A stretch of 64,000 bases of DNA. Origin: Octopus vulgaris. Taxonomy: Eukaryota. The notes beneath the pieces were generated by a model. The model was not told the DNA's origin and did not search any database. It saw only the letters and a program-made list of their open reading frames with translations. The position numbers and the translations under genes are program-made. This document shows, one piece after another, positions 41,800 to 54,899 of the stretch; the first letter of the stretch is position 1, and each line of letters starts with the position of its first letter. The stretch is taken from positions 106,702,001 to 106,766,000 of the forward strand of contig OX597815.1 of the NCBI GenBank assembly GCA_951406725.2, in the 5' to 3' direction.

Positions 41800-42200
41800 C
41801 TGTTGTTGCTGTTTAACTCCAGTCAACACAAAAAGAGCAGATTTATGATGAAAAGAGTTCCATCCATCATCATTCTGTCCGCTTTTTGAGATATAGTTTA
41901 TGTATTTTCTGCTGTGCTCATTAATCTTTTGGGATGGTGTAGTATGCTTTGAGAAAAATTTAGCTACGATTTCTTGAAGTTCAAACTCACTGTTTGCTTC
42001 ACTTGGTGTCGTTGTTTAGCTCCAGGTTAACATTGACTGAATATATCCATGATAAAAGGCATTCCAGCCATGTCATTCCATTTTATAGTATATTAAGAAC
42101 TACATTTTCCAAAGTGTCCTTCATTTTTTTTAGATAGCAGCGTATGATATGAATGAAATTTGGTTGCTGTTATTTCCTCAACCGTTAGGCCTTCCCTCTT
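41800..42200 (-). repeat. two tandem old family D repeats
   Basis: GTTGTTTAGCTCCAGG...GATAAAAGGCATTCCAGCC...ACTACATT...AATTTGGTTGCTG, with a second degenerate copy upstream. Confidence 0.55.
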
Positions 42201-42352
42201 TGACTTGCGCTTATATACCAATACGTTCTGATGATAGTCGTAGCTGAAGCAGATAAACTACACTCACGTAGAGGGCAATAGTAGCTCTCACTTCAGACAG
42301 TAGACGATGGACTTAAAAGATTTGTTAGTTATTTTTAGGTTGGAACATCATG

Positions 42353-42615
42353 AGATATTTGTTGAGAAAGTATTTCTGTCATTCCTTTCTCCATCAATTT
42401 ATCCATTTCCAGTATTCCCAAGTACTTATAACCCGTTCTTTCTATTTGCTTCATAACTTCCCCCGATCGTATCACTAACCCGTCCATACATTTAATTTTG
42501 CCTCTCTTCAAGGCTAACACACCACACTTCTTCAGTTCGAACTCCATTCTGATATCAGCACTGAAACTATATACCGTATCTACGAGGGAACTGACTTGGG
42601 ATTCATCTTTTATCA
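42353..42615 (-). mobile_element. R4/Dong-type RT domain fragment
   Basis: KDESQVSSLVDTVYSFSADIRMEFELKKCGVL...GYKYLGILEMDK, i.e. the region after the catalytic DD motif including YKYLG. Confidence 0.85.
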
Positions 42616-42721
42616 TAAAGTTTGAAGTCGTCCATGAATAACAAGTGGTTGACTTATTATTATTATTATTATTATTATTGTTGTTGTTGTTGTTGTCGTC
42701 GTCGTTGTTGTTGTTGTTGTT

Positions 42722-42937
42722 ATTCAGTAGTCTTATTTTTATCACGTACTTTCACTGCACAACCGAGCGCAGCTATGTATGCCTTGGGTACGTGCTGTGG
42801 TTTGTTGTGATGCTCTTATTTTTACCATATTGAAAGTGTTTTACGTAGGATGTGTGCGGTCGTAGCCTAGTAGTGCTATTTTCTGTATGTTATCTATACT
42901 TGTTAGTCCTGGTGTTTTGTTATATATTTGTCTGAAT
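42722..42937 (-). mobile_element. R4/Dong-type 3' end with (TAA)n/(CAA)n tail
   Basis: Minus strand TPGLTSIDNIQKIALLG...AHILRKTLSIW*; the 3'UTR is similar to 45209-45330. Confidence 0.8.
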
Positions 42938-43033
42938 ATCATCATCATCATCATTATTATTTTCCGATTGAATTGCATTTTATTTTATCTTCTGACTGGG
43001 TCTCAACCAGAGACCTAAGGCATATATATATTA

Positions 43034-44289
43034 TCAGGTCATCCCGTAAGTTCTGTCCGAATTTTGAATAAAGAAAACAAGTGAGCAAATGTTATATTTA
43101 ATTGAAATTTAATCATCAATGTACTTTCCCTGATTATCTATGACTTCCTTCCATCTATTTACAAGCTTTTTAATCCTATCAATGTAAAACTCTTTTGGTT
43201 TCAAAGCGAAGAACTCTGAAATGTCAGTTTCAACCTCCTCCTGGCTTGCGAAAGTTATGTCCCTTAAATGATTCTGTAGACTACGAAACAAATGGTAGTA
43301 TGAAGGAGCAAGGTTGCGAAAATAAGGTGAATGATGAATTTTTTTTACCCAGTGAAGCTCTTCGATCATCTGTGATGTGATATTTGCAGTGCAGGGTAGT
43401 GCATTGTCCTGATGAGACATCACTCCTTTTCGATTCACTAAAGCGGGTCTTTTTTTCTTCAAAGATTGGTTCAAACGCTCTAATTGCTGGCAGTAGACTT
43501 GAGCATTGGTTGTTGCATTAGGTGGTAACAATTTAAAGTGAATTACTCCTTTGCAATCCCACCAGATAGAGAGAAGGACCCTTTCCCTTTGAAGTTTCCT
43601 TCTCAGTTGTGGTTGAACTTTTCCCCTTTTACCAAGCCACTGTCTACGACGTTTAACATTTCGGTAGAAGATCCATTTTTCGTGACCAATCACAAGTCTA
43701 TCCAAAATGGGTGAAATGAGTTCGCGAGAATGGAGAGAAAAGCAGATGTCAACTCGGGATTTGCGGTTGCTTTCGGACAATTCATGAGGCACCCATTTTC
43801 CAAGCTTAGGAACCTTTCCAAGTTGTTGAAGATGACGATGAACAGTTGTATGGTTTGAACTAAGCTTTATTGCCAATTCTTCAACTGATTAATGCAGGAT
43901 TTTCTTCAAGTAATGTCTCAAGGAACTTATCCTCAAACTCAACTGGACGTCCTGTTCGATCTTCATCTTCAAGGATGAAATCTCCACTTTTGAATTTTGC
44001 AAACCATCTTCTGTAAGTTCTGTCATTCAAGCATTTTTTCCCATAAACTGAGTGTATGCTTCGAGTCGCCTCAGCTGCAGAGTTTCCTTTTCTGTACTCA
44101 TAAAGCATTATGTGCCTCAAATGCTCGTTGGATACTTCCATGTTAGAAAGGGTTTTAATCAAAGAAATTTTAATTCTATTATTCTGTAAAATAATATTTA
44201 ATTAGTTTCAATGTACACAAATGCATAAAAATAATTTTTAATTCCATTAGACATTCTAAAATACTATTAAATCTTATGGGATGACCTGA
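43034..44289 (-). mobile_element. full-length mariner DNA transposon, inactivated
   Basis: TA|TCAGGTCATCCCGTAAG ... CTTATGGGATGACCTGA|TA inverted termini; ~1.26 kb. Confidence 0.95.
43109..44141 (-). pseudogene. mariner DD34D transposase pseudogene
   Basis: MEVSNEHLRHIMLYEY..GNSAAEA, WFAKFKSGDF.LEDEDRTGRP, WVPHEL and HQDNA are present. Catalytic residues are lost (TGDEKW->IGHEKW; YSPDLAPSDY->YFRNLAPSYY), and the frame breaks at ~43880. Confidence 0.93.
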
Positions 44290-45079
44290 TAGATAGAGAG
44301 AAACTTCCTGAAAATGTAGGCGATTGATGTCAACAATAATTTTTCGAGTTTCAAAGGTTGATGGTTTCCCAGTACCATTCTTGGTCATTCCTGGGACACC
44401 TACAACAACAGGGATGGTTTTGGTTTTTAATTGCTACGTCCTACATATCTCAATCTCAAGGTCCTTATATTTCGACAGTTTTTCAAATTCTTTTGCTGAG
44501 ATGTTTCTATCCGTAGGTACTGTCATGTCAATTAACGGGTATGTTTTTGTTTTAGGTCTTTTATAGCAATGTCTGGTCTGTTAACATTTATTTGCCTCTC
44601 TGTATGTATTCCATAATCTCATAGGATGGTAGCATTCTCCCCCTCAGTGACTGGCTCTGGGTGGTGTTCATACCAGTTTTTAGGGTGTGGGATACCATTG
44701 TAATGGCATATTATCCAGTGCAAGTATTGGCCAACTCAATCATACCTAGTTAAATATTCTGTAGGAGCAAGGACAAGCAACCGGCAACAACGTAGTCAAT
44801 ACTCTCAAGTTTGTCATTGCAGAGTCTACACTTTGTGTCTACCTCAGTGTGTGTGACTTGATAGTTCCAGGTGAGAAGAATCTTTTTCTTGTGCTGCTAG
44901 GATGAATCTTTCTGTTTCGGCTTTCAAACCACACTCTGCAACCACTGATGGGTTCTTCTCCTATCTACATAAGCTTCCTCAGCTCGTTTGAGGTATTGTC
45001 CATGCAATGGTTTTTCTTCCCATAGTCTTGATATTTCCTTCAAGCTTACCTCTGGCTTTTGTTTTGCACTTTTTTGCTA

Positions 45080-45330
<251 letters not shown>

Positions 45331-45358
45331 TATTATTATTATTATTATTATTATAATA

Positions 45359-45429
<71 letters not shown>

Positions 45430-45442
45430 TCTTCTTCTTCTT

Positions 45443-45526
<84 letters not shown>
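45331..45526. repeat. compound trinucleotide microsatellite (ATT)n(CAT)n(CTT)n(ATT)n
   Basis: Directly visible in the sequence. Confidence 0.95.
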
Positions 45527-45527
<1 letters not shown>

Positions 45528-46310
45528 TATGTTTGACTTTTGCTTTATATTTGTACAAGAGTTGGCTCCAAGTCTCACCCAGAGACCTCAAGAGACAACA
45601 GGTTGGAAGTTCATGTTGTTCTTATGCCTAGTGTGCCATATATTTGATTTTGTATTTAGCGTTGTACTAGTGAATGTCTAAAAAAAACAAAAACAAAAAA
45701 ACATACGAAAATTTTGTTTGTTTTAAAACTTGAGATTACATAGACAGTATTTTGCGTAGGATATGAGCAGTTCCCATGAGCAATATCTTTTGAATTTCTG
45801 CCATTTTGGGGTTTCCTGGTATCTGAGCTACGTAGCAATCAGCCCCTTTTGCTATCATTCTCAGGGCACCTATGACAACAGGTATTGTTTTAGTCTTCAA
45901 GTTCCACATTTTGCTGATTTCTATTTCAAGATCTTTATATTTGCTCAGTTTTTGGTAGGTCTTGACAGATACGTTTATATCGATTGGGACAGTCATATCA
46001 ATGAGGAGGCATGTTCTTTTTCTGAAGTCTTTCAATATGATGTCTGGCCTATTTGCATCTATCTTTCTGTAAGTTTGAATGGTGAAGTTCCAGAGGAGTG
46101 AGATGTGGTCATTTTCAAGCACTGGAGGTGGTTTGTGTTCCCACCAGTTTTTTTCATGGGGCAAATCCAGGTTTTTGCAAATTACTCAGTGAATATATTG
46201 TGCAGCTCTATCATGCCTGTTGAGATACTCTGTAGGCGCAAGAAGACTGCACTTGGAGACAACATGATCAATGGTTTCATTTTGTTGTTGACATACACGA
46301 TATGTTGGGC
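45527..46310 (-). mobile_element. 5'-truncated R4/Dong-type retrotransposon (CCHC + restriction-like endonuclease + 3'UTR) in (TAA)n
   Basis: RVCQQQNETIDHVVSKC...YLNRHD, then ORF 45736-46164 with NRPDII...LIDMTVP...KLSKYKDL...PVVIGAL...TAHILRKILSM. (TAA)n lies on both sides. Confidence 0.9.
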
Positions 46311-46368
<58 letters not shown>

Positions 46369-47364
46369 GAGGGAAAAGGCATACTTGATTCTCAGCCCTA
46401 TAAAATTTCCGAAATTTTGAAATTTGTGTGGGTTTGGTTTAAGAATTTTGTCTAGAAGAATTGTCTGTGGATCAATTTTGTTTTGTAAACTGGTCTGTTT
46501 TACTTGAAAAAATGTACGTTTGTAAAGAAATAGAAGTATTCGTCACTCAAGAATGTAATACAGAAGGAGTGAAAGAGTATTTAAATGAAAACGAAAAGGA
46601 GAGAGACTGAGCTATGCTTTAATTCAAAAAATTCCGTTTTACTAGAAACACTGCGGAGGCAATCATGACAATGACAGACAATCTCAAGAGAGGAAAACAT
46701 ATTTGTGTCGTCTACTTGTGATTTTGAGAGAAAAAAAAATAAACAAAAAACAAACAAACAAACAAAACAATAACAAAAAACGGAAAACATAAAACAATAA
46801 CGAAACCAGAACTAAAACTTCGTTTTCTGCGATAACTAGCAATGAATGGTTCAGTCACTTGATCGGCAAGGAAGAAAATGTGAAAAGTTATAAATGCAAT
46901 ATCATACACCCGGGACTGATGAAACTTCTAATCGTTGGGGTATAAAACACAAAAAAGTTTGTAATTGTATAAACAGAAAAGAAAACCACAGTATTCCATT
47001 CCAGCACAAGGGGAAAAATGTCTGCAGGAAGTGTGCTCTACAGTAGGATATGTGATAAGAGCCTAACAGCATGCGACGGTTACTGTTTGCAACAGCAAGG
47101 TGGAAGCCAGATCTGTGGCTTTAACCACTTACTTATTACATCAGTTTATCATGCACCCATTATATATGAGAAGTCTTGTAAGGAACATTCAAGTCACTTA
47201 TTTGTCACTCGTCAGGGAACAAGACAGAGTGGTAACAATGGTGGATGAGCAGAGAGAGATGAAAGCATTCAAATCCAATCTCCGGTAAAATTAAATAGCG
47301 ATGTGGAACCAATAAAAACTTATTTTCACTATTATTAATATCATCATCATCATCATCGTCATCA

Positions 47365-47850
<486 letters not shown>

Positions 47851-47856
47851 TTATTA

Positions 47857-47910
<54 letters not shown>

Positions 47911-50032
47911 ATTATTATTATTATTATTATAATCATTTTAACTCTTGTAGTGGGAAGATGCCGCTTTGTAAAAAGAATTATAATTGCCCAAGGAAAGCCC
48001 GCTCTCGATATATAAGAGTAGACGAAAAAGAAAAAAAATTGAGGTTTTGTTTCATAAACTTTTAAAATTTAATTAACACAATTACATTTTCCCATCCAAA
48101 ATGGTTGCTACGCATGATTATGCTACAAGACTAAATACTACAATAGAGAAAGTAAAACAAAAAATAAAAAACAAAAACAAAGGCAAAACACAAAGCACAC
48201 TCCTGGCTGTTTGGGAGAAAAGGAGAAAGTGAAAGTTTAGGTGAACGATTAATAGAATAAAATGTCCAAAACACTTAAGCAACATCATCGTTAACATCTC
48301 ACACGAATCACATTACTTTGATTCAAAGTTGTGTAAAGGCAAACCTTCCCTTAATACAGACTGATCAATTTTTAATCCTATCATAGTTTGAAGAAAATAT
48401 GTAGGTGAAAATTTTGTCAAATAGAATGGCATTTCTTTGCCACATGAGCTAATCCTGGAATGAGCAAAGAGAAAAATAATATACCTCTGCTTTCGAAAGG
48501 ACGGAAGCAAACTAAGTCTTTCCTCGCATCAAATAGTAGTCTCCTGGACTTATTGCGAGTTCTCTCACACGAAAAAGGCTGTAGCTTTAAAACTGAGGAC
48601 ACAGTCGCAATACAATCTGAAATTGTCAGACATTCCTCCAGCTATACATTAGTGCCCCAGTACATGGTCAATGAAACGCAATGACAACAAGAAACATCGG
48701 AGACAATTTAGATCCATGATTTGCGGTCAGGTTTGTGTTAGAGTTAGTGAGTTTGAACAAAGCAGGGCTAATAAAAGGTGACAAGTACTCGAGAAGCATC
48801 AGGATGAAGTTGTGAGTATTTTGTAACATTTGAAGGCCACAAAACTATACCGGAAACGCAACGAGATACAGGTCATGAGATTAATGGTACAGAGCAAAAA
48901 GCATTTGTAAGATGAGAACTCACCACAGAGCTGAATACTAGGAAGAAATTGAAAGATATTGCAAAAAAAAAAAAATGTAAGAACGGAAATAATGATTTTT
49001 GCAACCACAAAAACAACAAAAACTCGTTTCCAGAGTATCACCAGCCATAATTCTTGGAGATGACAAGTAAAATATCTTTAAATCCACTTTTAAAAAAATA
49101 GATGGACAAAGACCTCGTCCATGAACAGTGTCAACCTGTAGTACCACAACTTGTGGTATGACACACATCGTGTGATGAAAGAGAAATAAAAATTACATAT
49201 GAAAATTTAACAATCGTCGGCGAAAAGAAGAAAAACTCACAGAAAAAGGAGACTTAACATAAAACAGCGAAAACAATTGAGGAACAATTTCTTTTAAATG
49301 ACAAGCAAATTCTTTCTCAGGAAAATAACGGAGAAAAAGAAGAAAACAGAGAGGAACAAAGATTCAGCATTCTTCAAAAATCAAGCAAACAATTAATTCA
49401 CAACATTACGCAACTATAGTACCACAGACTTTCTGAAGAAGTTAGAATGATGCAAAGAACGTTTAGATCCAGAATTTAAACAACTCGTAAAATATAGATT
49501 ATAAGTAAAATTAAAGCTAAAACATTACACTGAACCTATTCTCAAAATTTATGTTGCGCTTTCCCCTTAAAAAGGAAATGTTTCCAAAAATGCATTCATA
49601 AACAATTTGAAAAATGATATCTGGAATGGATTTACCCAAGATAAGAAATTATTTATATGTTTTGATTCCATTTTATTATATATTGCTTAAATTATTATGT
49701 ATAATTGTAACTTTATATATTTATTCTAGTGCAAATGCGTGTATTTATGTATACAGATATCATGTATGTGTAAGGTTTATGAATATGTATATATACGTAT
49801 CTATAAGTGTATGTGTGTGTTTGTATGTGTATGCGTATATGTGTGCATATGTGTTTATCAATAAAATCTTAATTTTCCATGTATTGTGTAATGTGTCTTC
49901 TTCACTCCGAATAAGTGAAGGCTTTTTTTCTTCACACTCCATGTTTCTATTTTCGTATTCTGTCTTTTTAATCCTTAGTGAAGATTTCTTTATTCTGTCT
50001 ATACTGAAGACCTTGTGGTTAATAAAAGAGAC

Positions 50033-50084
<52 letters not shown>

Positions 50085-50124
50085 GTTATTGTTGTTGTTG
50101 TTGTTGTTGTTGTTGTTATTATTA

Positions 50125-50200
50125 TTATTTTCATTATCATCTTTCAATTCTGTTTCCATTTCTTGCCGAGTGTCTTCCTGACACCTAGGGCAGAAAAATG
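50125..50200 (-). mobile_element. short R4/Dong-like 3'UTR with (CAA)n(TAA)n tail
   Basis: Minus strand CCCTAGGTGTCAGGAAGACACTCGGCAAGAAATGGAAAC...AATAATAAT resembles the CCCAAGG...GCTCGG 3'UTR of the other Dong-like copies. Confidence 0.5.
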
Positions 50201-50443
50201 CACTATACATTGGTAGGCCATTAAAATAAACACACCAAATTGTTGTTGATGCTAAATTTTTCAACCCAACTCTATTCAACAATCACATTTGTTCCAATTA
50301 TAATGAGTTACATTTTAATTTTCAATCGACATTCATCTGCGAAATTCAATTGATATTTGTTTTCATTGAAATACCATTTTCATTAAACATTAATTTTCAG
50401 CATTGGAAAACGTCACACATACATTATAATTTCGGGCTATATA

Positions 50444-50489
<46 letters not shown>

Positions 50490-50797
50490 TATTTCTTTTA
50501 TTGGTTTTTACTTGTTTCAGACATTAAACTGCAGCCATGCTGGGGCACAGCCTTGAAGAAATTTTCGTCAGACAAATCGACAACAGCATTTATACTATCA
50601 CGCTTTTATGTCAAATCGTGTTTGTCCCCAACCATCAGAGCCAATGGTTCGAGACAGACACATATACAAAGACACACATACCCGTATGTGTGTGTGTGTG
50701 GGTGCGTGTGTGCATATATACACACCCTCTTTTGTTATATATATATTATCTATACATAAATATACATACACACGCACACACACACGCGCACACACAC

Positions 50798-50840
<43 letters not shown>

Positions 50841-50842
<2 letters not shown>

Positions 50843-51173
50843 GCACATGGCTTAGTGGTTAGAGCATCGAACTGTCTATCATAACGTAATGAGTTCGATT
50901 CTCGGACCGGGCTGTGTGTGGCATCCTTGAGCAAGACACTTTATTTCACGTTGCTCCAGGTCACTCTACTGTAGAAATGAGTTGTGTCGTCACTGGTGCC
51001 ACGCTGTATCGACCTTTGCCTTTCCCTTGGATAACATTAGTGGTGAGGAGGGGGAGGCTGGTATGCATGGGCGACTGCAAGCCTTCCATAAACAACCTTG
51101 CCCGGACTTGTGCCTCGGAGGGGAACTTTCTAGGCGCAATCCTATGGTCATTCATAACCGAAGGGATCTTTAC
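50841..51173 (+). mobile_element. tRNA-derived SINE (family B head) inserted in the microsatellite of a degenerate family A SINE (~50495-51280, -)
   Basis: A box TGGCTTAGTGG, B box GAGTTCGATTC and CCTTGAGCAAGACACTTTATTTC. Family A remnants lie on both sides. Confidence 0.8.
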
Positions 51174-51552
51174 ACCCCAACCCCACCCACACACATTTAA
51201 AACACATTTAGATATCTATATAAGACGGCTTTTTAAAGCTTCCGTTCCATGAAGTCAACTGTCAAGGTTTGGGCTATAATAAAATATTGTTATTAAATTA
51301 TATTTCATTAATATTTAGCAGAAGCTAACGCACGAAACACTCGGTTGTTGAGTCACTCAGTTACTTCTACTAAATATCTAGGTTAATATTATTATTAATA
51401 ATAATAATAATATATATATATATATGTATATGTATATTTTCGTCCTTAATTTTCGCTTCTTTATCTATATATCTATTTATTTATATTACCATGTTTTTTT
51501 CACGTCCGCGTGTATTTATGTATATATATTTATATATTTATTTATATATTTA

Positions 51553-51939
51553 CTAGCAGTATCGCCCGGCGTTGCTCAGGTTTGTAAGGGAAATAACTAT
51601 AAAGCATCTTTAGAGAGTTATAGCCAAAAAATAGCAAAAAAATGGAAAAAAAATGATGGTAAATTTTTTTTTGAGAGTAAAAAAAGGTTGAGTTGCGTCC
51701 CCTAGACAGTCTGTGGTTTGTTTTTTTTTATTCTCGACCCCATGTCGAATTTATCGATTTTTTTCAGAACTGGGGGAACTTTTCAAAATTTTCGCTGCGT
51801 TAGTTTTGAATTATGACATTGGGCTATGCGTGTGTCAAGTTTCATCAGAATCGGTTGAAAGCCGTGGTCAGGGTGAGGGTACGAGAAAACAGACACACAG
51901 AAACACGCACAGACAAACTGCCGTTTATATATAGAGAGA
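51553..51939 (-). mobile_element. non-autonomous Helitron
   Basis: Minus strand begins A|TCTCTCTATATATAAAC and ends with the GC-rich hairpin CCTGAGCAACGCCGGG, then ...CTGCTAG|T. This gives 5'-TC, 3'-CTAG, an A|T target and no TSD. Confidence 0.8.
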
Positions 51940-52305
51940 TATACATAGATACTTTTTTTATACTCTTATATATATTTTTTATATTCTTATATATTTTTTT
52001 ATATTCTTATATCTTTTTTTACATTCTTATATCTTTTTTTATATATTTTTAAAAATTTTACTCTTTTGTAATCTTTTACTCTTCTACTCCCCCTTTGTGA
52101 GCCCTAACTCACTAAAGATTCAACCCCCCAACCCCTTCCCTCTCTAGCTCAATATCCAAACTTCCCCATTCTACATCGAGTCAAAAGCGGGATGGACGCT
52201 TCGATTTCGTGTTGGTGCCCCACTCTGTCGTACGCAACTATGAGGATTTGCATCCCCAACGTAAAACTTATAATGTAATATATGTCCTTGAAGTAGTAAT
52301 TGTAC

Positions 52306-52393
52306 GCGGCTGAAGAAGGCCATAGACACACATTTACATCAATTATGCATTGTTATAAAACCGTCTAATAAAGGCCCGAAACATATGTACCGC
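52306..52393 (+). ncRNA. minimal type I hammerhead ribozyme in a PLE pLTR-like element (~51950-52500)
   Basis: GCGG-CTGAAGA-AGGCC...GGCCC-GAAA-CATATG-TA-CCGC. Stem I is GCGG/CCGC, the core is intact, stem II is GGCC/GGCC, stem III is short and palindromic (ACATATGT), and the cleavage triplet is GUA. Confidence 0.75.
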
Positions 52394-52495
52394 TAAATCC
52401 TTTGAATCATGTTTTTATTTTGATTAATATACTCTATCACCTACACCACTAAATGGTATATACAGGTGCTTACAACTATCAAGTATTCACCCTGA

Positions 52496-52555
<60 letters not shown>

Positions 52556-52564
<9 letters not shown>

Positions 52565-52716
52565 GTGTATAAAAATTATACACAAAGGGAAAAGCCACTA
52601 AGTGGTTTTCCAGCACGCTATAAATGGGAGTTAAATCCCAAACCACGAAAAACCTATTCTTATTTTAAATAAGTGGCTTCTCCCTTCGTGTATAATTTTT
52701 ATACACATATAATATA
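52556..52716. repeat. inverted repeat adjoining (TA)n
   Basis: TGTATAAAAATTATACACAAAGGGAAAAGCCACT vs AGTGGCTTCTCCCTTCGTGTATAATTTTTATACA. Confidence 0.8.
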
Positions 52717-52810
52717 TTTGCAGTCTAGGGATATTTTTACTCACGTTGGTCACTGGTAAAAATTAATATTTAAATGTTTACCCTTTATTCATATATATAT
52801 ATATATATAT

Positions 52811-52942
52811 ATTTATTTTATAGAAGGAGCTTTTACAAGACTAGAACTGTTTCATTCAGATGAAATCTTCAGGAAGCTTCCTGAAGATTTCATCTGAATG
52901 AAACAGTTCTAGTCCTGTAGAAGCTCCTTCTATAAAATAAAT
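52811..52942. repeat. 132-bp near-perfect palindrome (two mirrored hammerheads)
   Basis: Centred on AAG|CTT (52876/52877), with two mismatches between the arms. Confidence 0.95.
52875..52925 (+). ncRNA. type I hammerhead ribozyme (mirror copy on the - strand at 52828-52878)
   Basis: AGCTTC-CTGAAGA-TTTCATCTGAAT-GAAA-CAG-TTCTAGTC-CTG-TA-GAAGCT. It has a 6-bp stem I, an intact core, a weak 3-bp stem II, a 4-bp stem III and a GUA site. Confidence 0.75.
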
Positions 52943-53022
52943 TACTTTATTCTGCAATGTATTGAGTACCTTATTTACTGTGGTTAACCCCGACTCAACC
53001 CGGGACCTACATATATATATAT

Positions 53023-53284
53023 AGTACAATAGTAATGGCTTGTTACTGCTCCAAATGTGTCAGGAACTAGATTTATGCCATGTTCCAGCAGAAAGATACT
53101 GAACCATATGGTTACATTCAGGCTCGAAGCAGTGGGATATAATTGATTTTGTTTTTGCTTGTGAGCGTGATGTTCATGATGTGTTGAATCAGCATAGACG
53201 GGGAATTTAATGCTGGACTGGCCTTTGTCTTGTTCGTGTAAAAGTGAACTTTATTATCAAACCGAGGGTAAGAGCCAATGATAT

Positions 53285-53290
<6 letters not shown>
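53023..53290 (+). repeat. 268-bp duplicate of 55055-55322 inserted in a (TA)n tract
   Basis: AGTACAATAGTAATGGC...GATATGACTAT appears identical by eye to the downstream RTE endonuclease segment; (TA)n lies on both sides. Confidence 0.93.
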
Positions 53291-53343
<53 letters not shown>

Positions 53344-53680
53344 CATGTATTGAGTTTTCTTTTTCTTGTTTGCGTCACCAAACTTATTAAATTATGTCAA
53401 TTTATTAAGAGTGGATTCTATTACTATCAACTTTTATTTGCTTATATTTTCTATTCATATATGTAGAATATCTTGCTAGTGTTCTAGAGCAGCTATTTCT
53501 CACGTTTTTATTAACTTGATGTAATTAGGTCTATATTTTTACCGTGCAGTTGGTATGTGTATCAATATAACATGCAGAAGTGAGTCACAAGCCGAGAGTT
53601 TCGTATCCGAAACTTATAATAATTCAATAACGTGTGTGTGTGTGTATGTGTGTGTGTGTGTGTGTTGTTTGTGTGCGTGA

Positions 53681-53717
<37 letters not shown>

Positions 53718-54222
53718 CATGCATATAAATACACACACACACGGACATATATGAGTGGACGTGTGTATATGTGCATGTTCGTATGTGTTTGTGTGTGTGT
53801 GTTTGTGTCTGAGTGTGTGTATTCGCATGTGTTTGATACATACAGTGAAGTTTCAATTTAACGGGCCAGTTGAGGAAATTTCTTCGTTACTGCAGAGACT
53901 GTTAAATGGAAAATAACCTAGTACTTACACATCCACTTGCACTCGCATACACATTACCATTACATGCATGAACACATGTGCCACTCTATATAAAAACACT
54001 GTATGGATTTAGTACACACACACACACACATACATACATACATACATATATACCTACATACATACATATATATTTTTATATATACTGACTGTATGTATAT
54101 ATGTATATATGTATATACATACAGACTATATATATATATACAAAAACATATATATCTATATATCTATATCTATCTATCTATATAATATATATACAAACAT
54201 ATATATATATATAAATAAATAA

Positions 54223-54271
<49 letters not shown>

Positions 54272-54899
54272 TCGCCATACTTATATGCCAGTCTTATAAA
54301 TATAAATACACACACACATATATATACGGAAAAATTTTTGATCATGGCTGACCTGTTTATAACAAAAACGATCGTTTAGATTACATAATCATGAATGCCT
54401 TCTCTCGATCGATAATATAAATAATAACAAATTTTAATTAATCAGTTCTAGTATTTAATTGAAATAGTTGGGTATGACGTACGCTAGGCAGTGATTTAAA
54501 AAGCTTCGATTAAGTTACATTATCCATGAAATGAATATACTAAAAATCTAACTTGGGGATCTTTAAATACCAGGCAAGATAGATAACCACATTTTTGGAA
54601 AATATAAAAAAATACAGTAAAGCAGTGGAATTGGTTTTAAAATAATGAAAGTAACTGAAATATTTTGGTTTTATTAGATCTCAAGGAAGCATATTCTATT
54701 CAGTTAGGAAGACTAGGTTTGATCAATATATAGAGAAATAAGGAGAATGTAGTGGCGCTAATTATGAATATCTTAGGAAAATATCCTCACGAGTTTTTTA
54801 ACAAATTTAGTACAGATATGGCAAGGCCTCGTATATGTAATGCAGTGTTTTGACAAAACGCTCAATGAAAAATTATAATAATTTGTAATTTGCAAATGA

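Noticed and set aside
43109-43876. 255-aa ORF as a functional or domesticated (SETMAR-like) transposase
   Set aside because: It is separated from its N-terminus by a frame break, two catalytic Asp are substituted, it lies within TIRs and there is no SET domain.
46910-46950. CTGATGA as a hammerhead core
   Set aside because: No stem II, GAAA/NUH or stem I partner in the right arrangement.
50841-50915. tRNA gene (A and B boxes)
   Set aside because: No full cloverleaf or poly-T terminator; it continues into a SINE body.
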